DNA of 64,000 nt from Phallusia mammillata (taxonomy: Eukaryota). The notes below the pieces were generated by a model, which was not told the DNA's origin, did not search any database, and saw only the letters and a program-made list of their open reading frames with translations. A program made the position numbers and the translations under genes. Location of the stretch: assembly GCA_965637545.1 (NCBI GenBank), contig OZ281494.1:5332001-5396000 (forward strand). Reading direction: 5' to 3'. Positions 61,228-64,000 of the stretch are shown one piece after another (positions within the stretch are counted from its first letter, which is position 1; each line of letters opens with the position of its first letter).

Positions 61228-64000
61228 CTGCACGAAAAAACATGGCTTTGTTGTGCTACCTTTAAGTATGCATGTTTTTTGATACACCAGAGTGTTCAAT
61301 GCCTCTTGTGATTAATTTCACAATCAGATTGAAAGGGTTCGAGTATTGTCACGTACCACGATTCAGTTTAAAATTAAAACATTCAAGATTTATATTTTGA
61401 TATTATAAATCATTTTTGAACAGATTTTTTACTATGTAGACATGAAAACGTAAATAAATCCCTTGTATTTTTTTGTTTTTACCCAATAGTTAAGGTTACA
61501 GGACTGGAGTACAATTAAAATGTAGTTGACGGGCCTAGATTGCACTTACATTTAATGCAATGGCGTACTTCCAAAACACTTTATTTAACCCACAACGGAC
61601 GAACTAAACTGCATACCACGGCCAATGAAAATTTATTCCGTTGGTGTGCCATGGTAGCTAAAAACACTGTTAATATGCCGTTTACGTTTTTCGAGTATTC
61701 CCGATTCAACTGGACAAAGAGTGAAAATTTAAATTTTGCTCAAGTACTTTTTGTTTGCTATCAGTTTTTGCACATATTGTGTGTTGACTGAAGTTTAAGG
61801 CAGCTGGTATTCAAAACGCTTTGTTAAACTCCTGTTTAACTTTACGGCATCCGGTTAAAGGCTATTCATCATACTACTAACACAACCGAATTGGCTCAAG
61901 CATTATCCCCGGGTGATTTTCTGTCGGTATTGTTTCTGCTCATTTTTCACGTACTGTTTTTTTCTGTTACACTTAGCGGTTATGTTCCACCAGGGGTCGG
62001 CAACTTGCCGAACGCCGCGTGCCAAATCGTACGTTATTTTACTACGTAATAATTGTCGTTCTAACTTTTTGCACGAAATATATTGCATTATTGTGCCAGC
62101 TGATTTAATAATTAATAAAAAGGAGGTACAATGAGGCGTGTATTAAGATCATAGAGCCGGAAACATATTAATTTACATTACAATAAAATGAAGTTGAACA
62201 TGAATTAACGCTTAGTTTATAACGCTATGAAACTGTTTGACACAAAGTTATGCAATAATTAAGATAGTAATAAACTTGCATAGAAATAAATAACAGGGCT
62301 TTTTGGAATAATCTAGTCTACCGCATTTACCACGAATAAAATGCTTGTAAACGAAACTTAGTAATAGTTACGTTGCATTCAACAATTATATTCCCTAAAA
62401 TCAAACTTTAAGCGGTAATTTTAATCTCATGTAGTTTATAAAATAAACCCCTATTAGGACACATACAACTAATCCAGCATATTTATTTAAAACTATTTGC
62501 ACTTACTTTGCCTACGACAAATCCACAGAAGAAAAAACAATATTCCAATTTTAGTCATAGTCTTTATGACAGAACTCTAAGTGTTCCTTGATTATGTAGA
62601 TATAAACAAAAAATAAAGTAACTTCTCATAACAGCATTCTAATTAATTTATTTTTATGTTGAAGGCTGTGTTAATTGTTATTAACTTAGTTCTATTGTTA
62701 ATTGTTGCTGTTTCTGTTTCAAATTTTGTGCTTCTATCCTTCTAAAGTGGACAATAGAAAACGTGCAGTTTTTGCTTCTAAGGTGAACATAGGAATCTAT
62801 TTTCCACATAACTCTAATTCCGTGGTAAATTTAAGAGTGAATCTCTGGATCTAATTTTGACTCAGAACCTTGATACTTATTGAAGGGTCAAATTACCAAC
62901 TACGTCTAAACCAAAAATGTCATAATATAAAACGCAGAGATGCAACTTCCGCGGATGCTTGAAACGTGATCATACGTCATTGATGACGTGTTTGTCACCA
63001 GTTTTCAGATAAACAACTTCATAGGTTTTCTTGACTGTTGAACGCTTGTCATAACACGATAGTTCAAACTTAAGTAGCTCTTGACTCTTTTTCGCACAAG
63101 CTATGATCAACATTTAAGTTCAGTGTTATTGCATTCGAAACATATCAATTAGTTTTCTTTTCTTTACTTGAGGACACATTCGAAACCGTTTTCATTTTTA
63201 CCGAGAGTCTAAGCCTTTGACCTCAGAATGTGGTTTATTTTCCAATTGTTGTTAAGAGTAAGAAAAATCCAATCAGTTGCAATTTTGATTGACATTTCGT
63301 GACAACGTCCGCAAAGGAATCTTAACTAATTATTGTTTAATAACCTTATTACAGCGTAGGTTTTAAACAGGACAAAATAAAATTACATGTCACTAGTATT
63401 GTTTAAGAAGATCCCCGATCGATCGATTACCTTTACCTTAAATAGAAATTTGTGGTTTTGCGAATTTTGGATTCTTTGTGCGACTTTGAATTTCGACTAT
63501 ACAGATGCCAGTATGTTTCGACCCTTTCAAACTTATTGCGATTGGCTAACGTAACACTAAATATTCGTTTAAAAATAGCATTATCTACCGAAAGTTTCTT
63601 TTTAGAAGACTTGAGCTGTGTTTGTACACACTGTGGTTTCCAGTTTGGCACTGAACCTAAAAAGGTCGAGCAAAAAATGGCCAAAACACTTTACACAACA
63701 CACTCAAGTGGCTATTTATGGCGATGTTGTGCTGTAGAAGTGGCTAATTAAGCTATCGAACGCCACGCCCCTTAGATTGTAAATGGGCTTTTAAAGTTTG
63801 GTTGAAATTTGAAAACAATTGGCGGGTTACAATAAAGAAGTGTTGTTGCGCTGTTTGTCGGACTGCAAAAAAATGGTTCGATAAAGTTCTTTGATTTGAT
63901 TCAGGAAGTTGATCGTATGGTTCGTCAATACTTGTTCAATTAATTTAAAAAAAACATCAGTACGCTACAATACAGGTACGTTTTCGTGTTTGTGTGAATG

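Larger units (their letters stand above)
43400..61830. repeat. Recent tandem segmental duplication, two ~9.2-kb units (~43400-52490 and ~52490-61830), within a larger 4-unit array (~27100-63200)
   Basis: Both units carry, in the same order, the hAT MITE, the adhesion-GPCR remnant with the same breakpoint, and the frameshifted LDLa-GPCR. Introns and intergenic DNA align over long stretches. Boundaries approximate. Confidence 0.8.

Noticed and set aside
63433-63751. Overlapping ORFs near the right end, one with CxxC...CC
   Set aside because: No recognisable domain, splice support or paralog within the window.

Overview
Eukaryotic, AT-rich, intron-containing DNA. It resembles a compact invertebrate-chordate/ascidian genome (inference, not proven). 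The window is almost entirely a mixed-class GPCR cluster. At the left edge is the 3' end of a + strand adhesion-type GPCR with an in-frame TAG before TM7. Everything after it is on the minus strand, in this order: LDLa-repeat rhodopsin-class GPCR A (complete 7-exon model, ~1108 aa), two adhesion-type GPCRs B and C with a non-canonical GPS, and four tandem ~9-10 kb paralogs (D, E, F, G) of a second LDLa-GPCR subtype. Decayed adhesion-GPCR remnants lie between E/F and F/G. The LDLa-GPCRs have an RXFP/GRL101-like 7TM, about 14-15 LDLa-like modules, no LRRs and a very long ECL2. The most interesting signal is in F and G: both share a 7-bp frameshift at the start of TM1 in the terminal exon, while ~2.15 kb of upstream ectodomain coding sequence stays open and in phase. 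This predicts 7TM-less (secreted or GPI/tail-anchored) LDLa 'decoy' proteins next to intact receptors. The array also shows conversion-like mosaicism of the LDLa cassette and several copy-specific DNA-transposon MITEs. All exon boundaries were read by eye from GT/AG sites and phase matching; no database searches were run.
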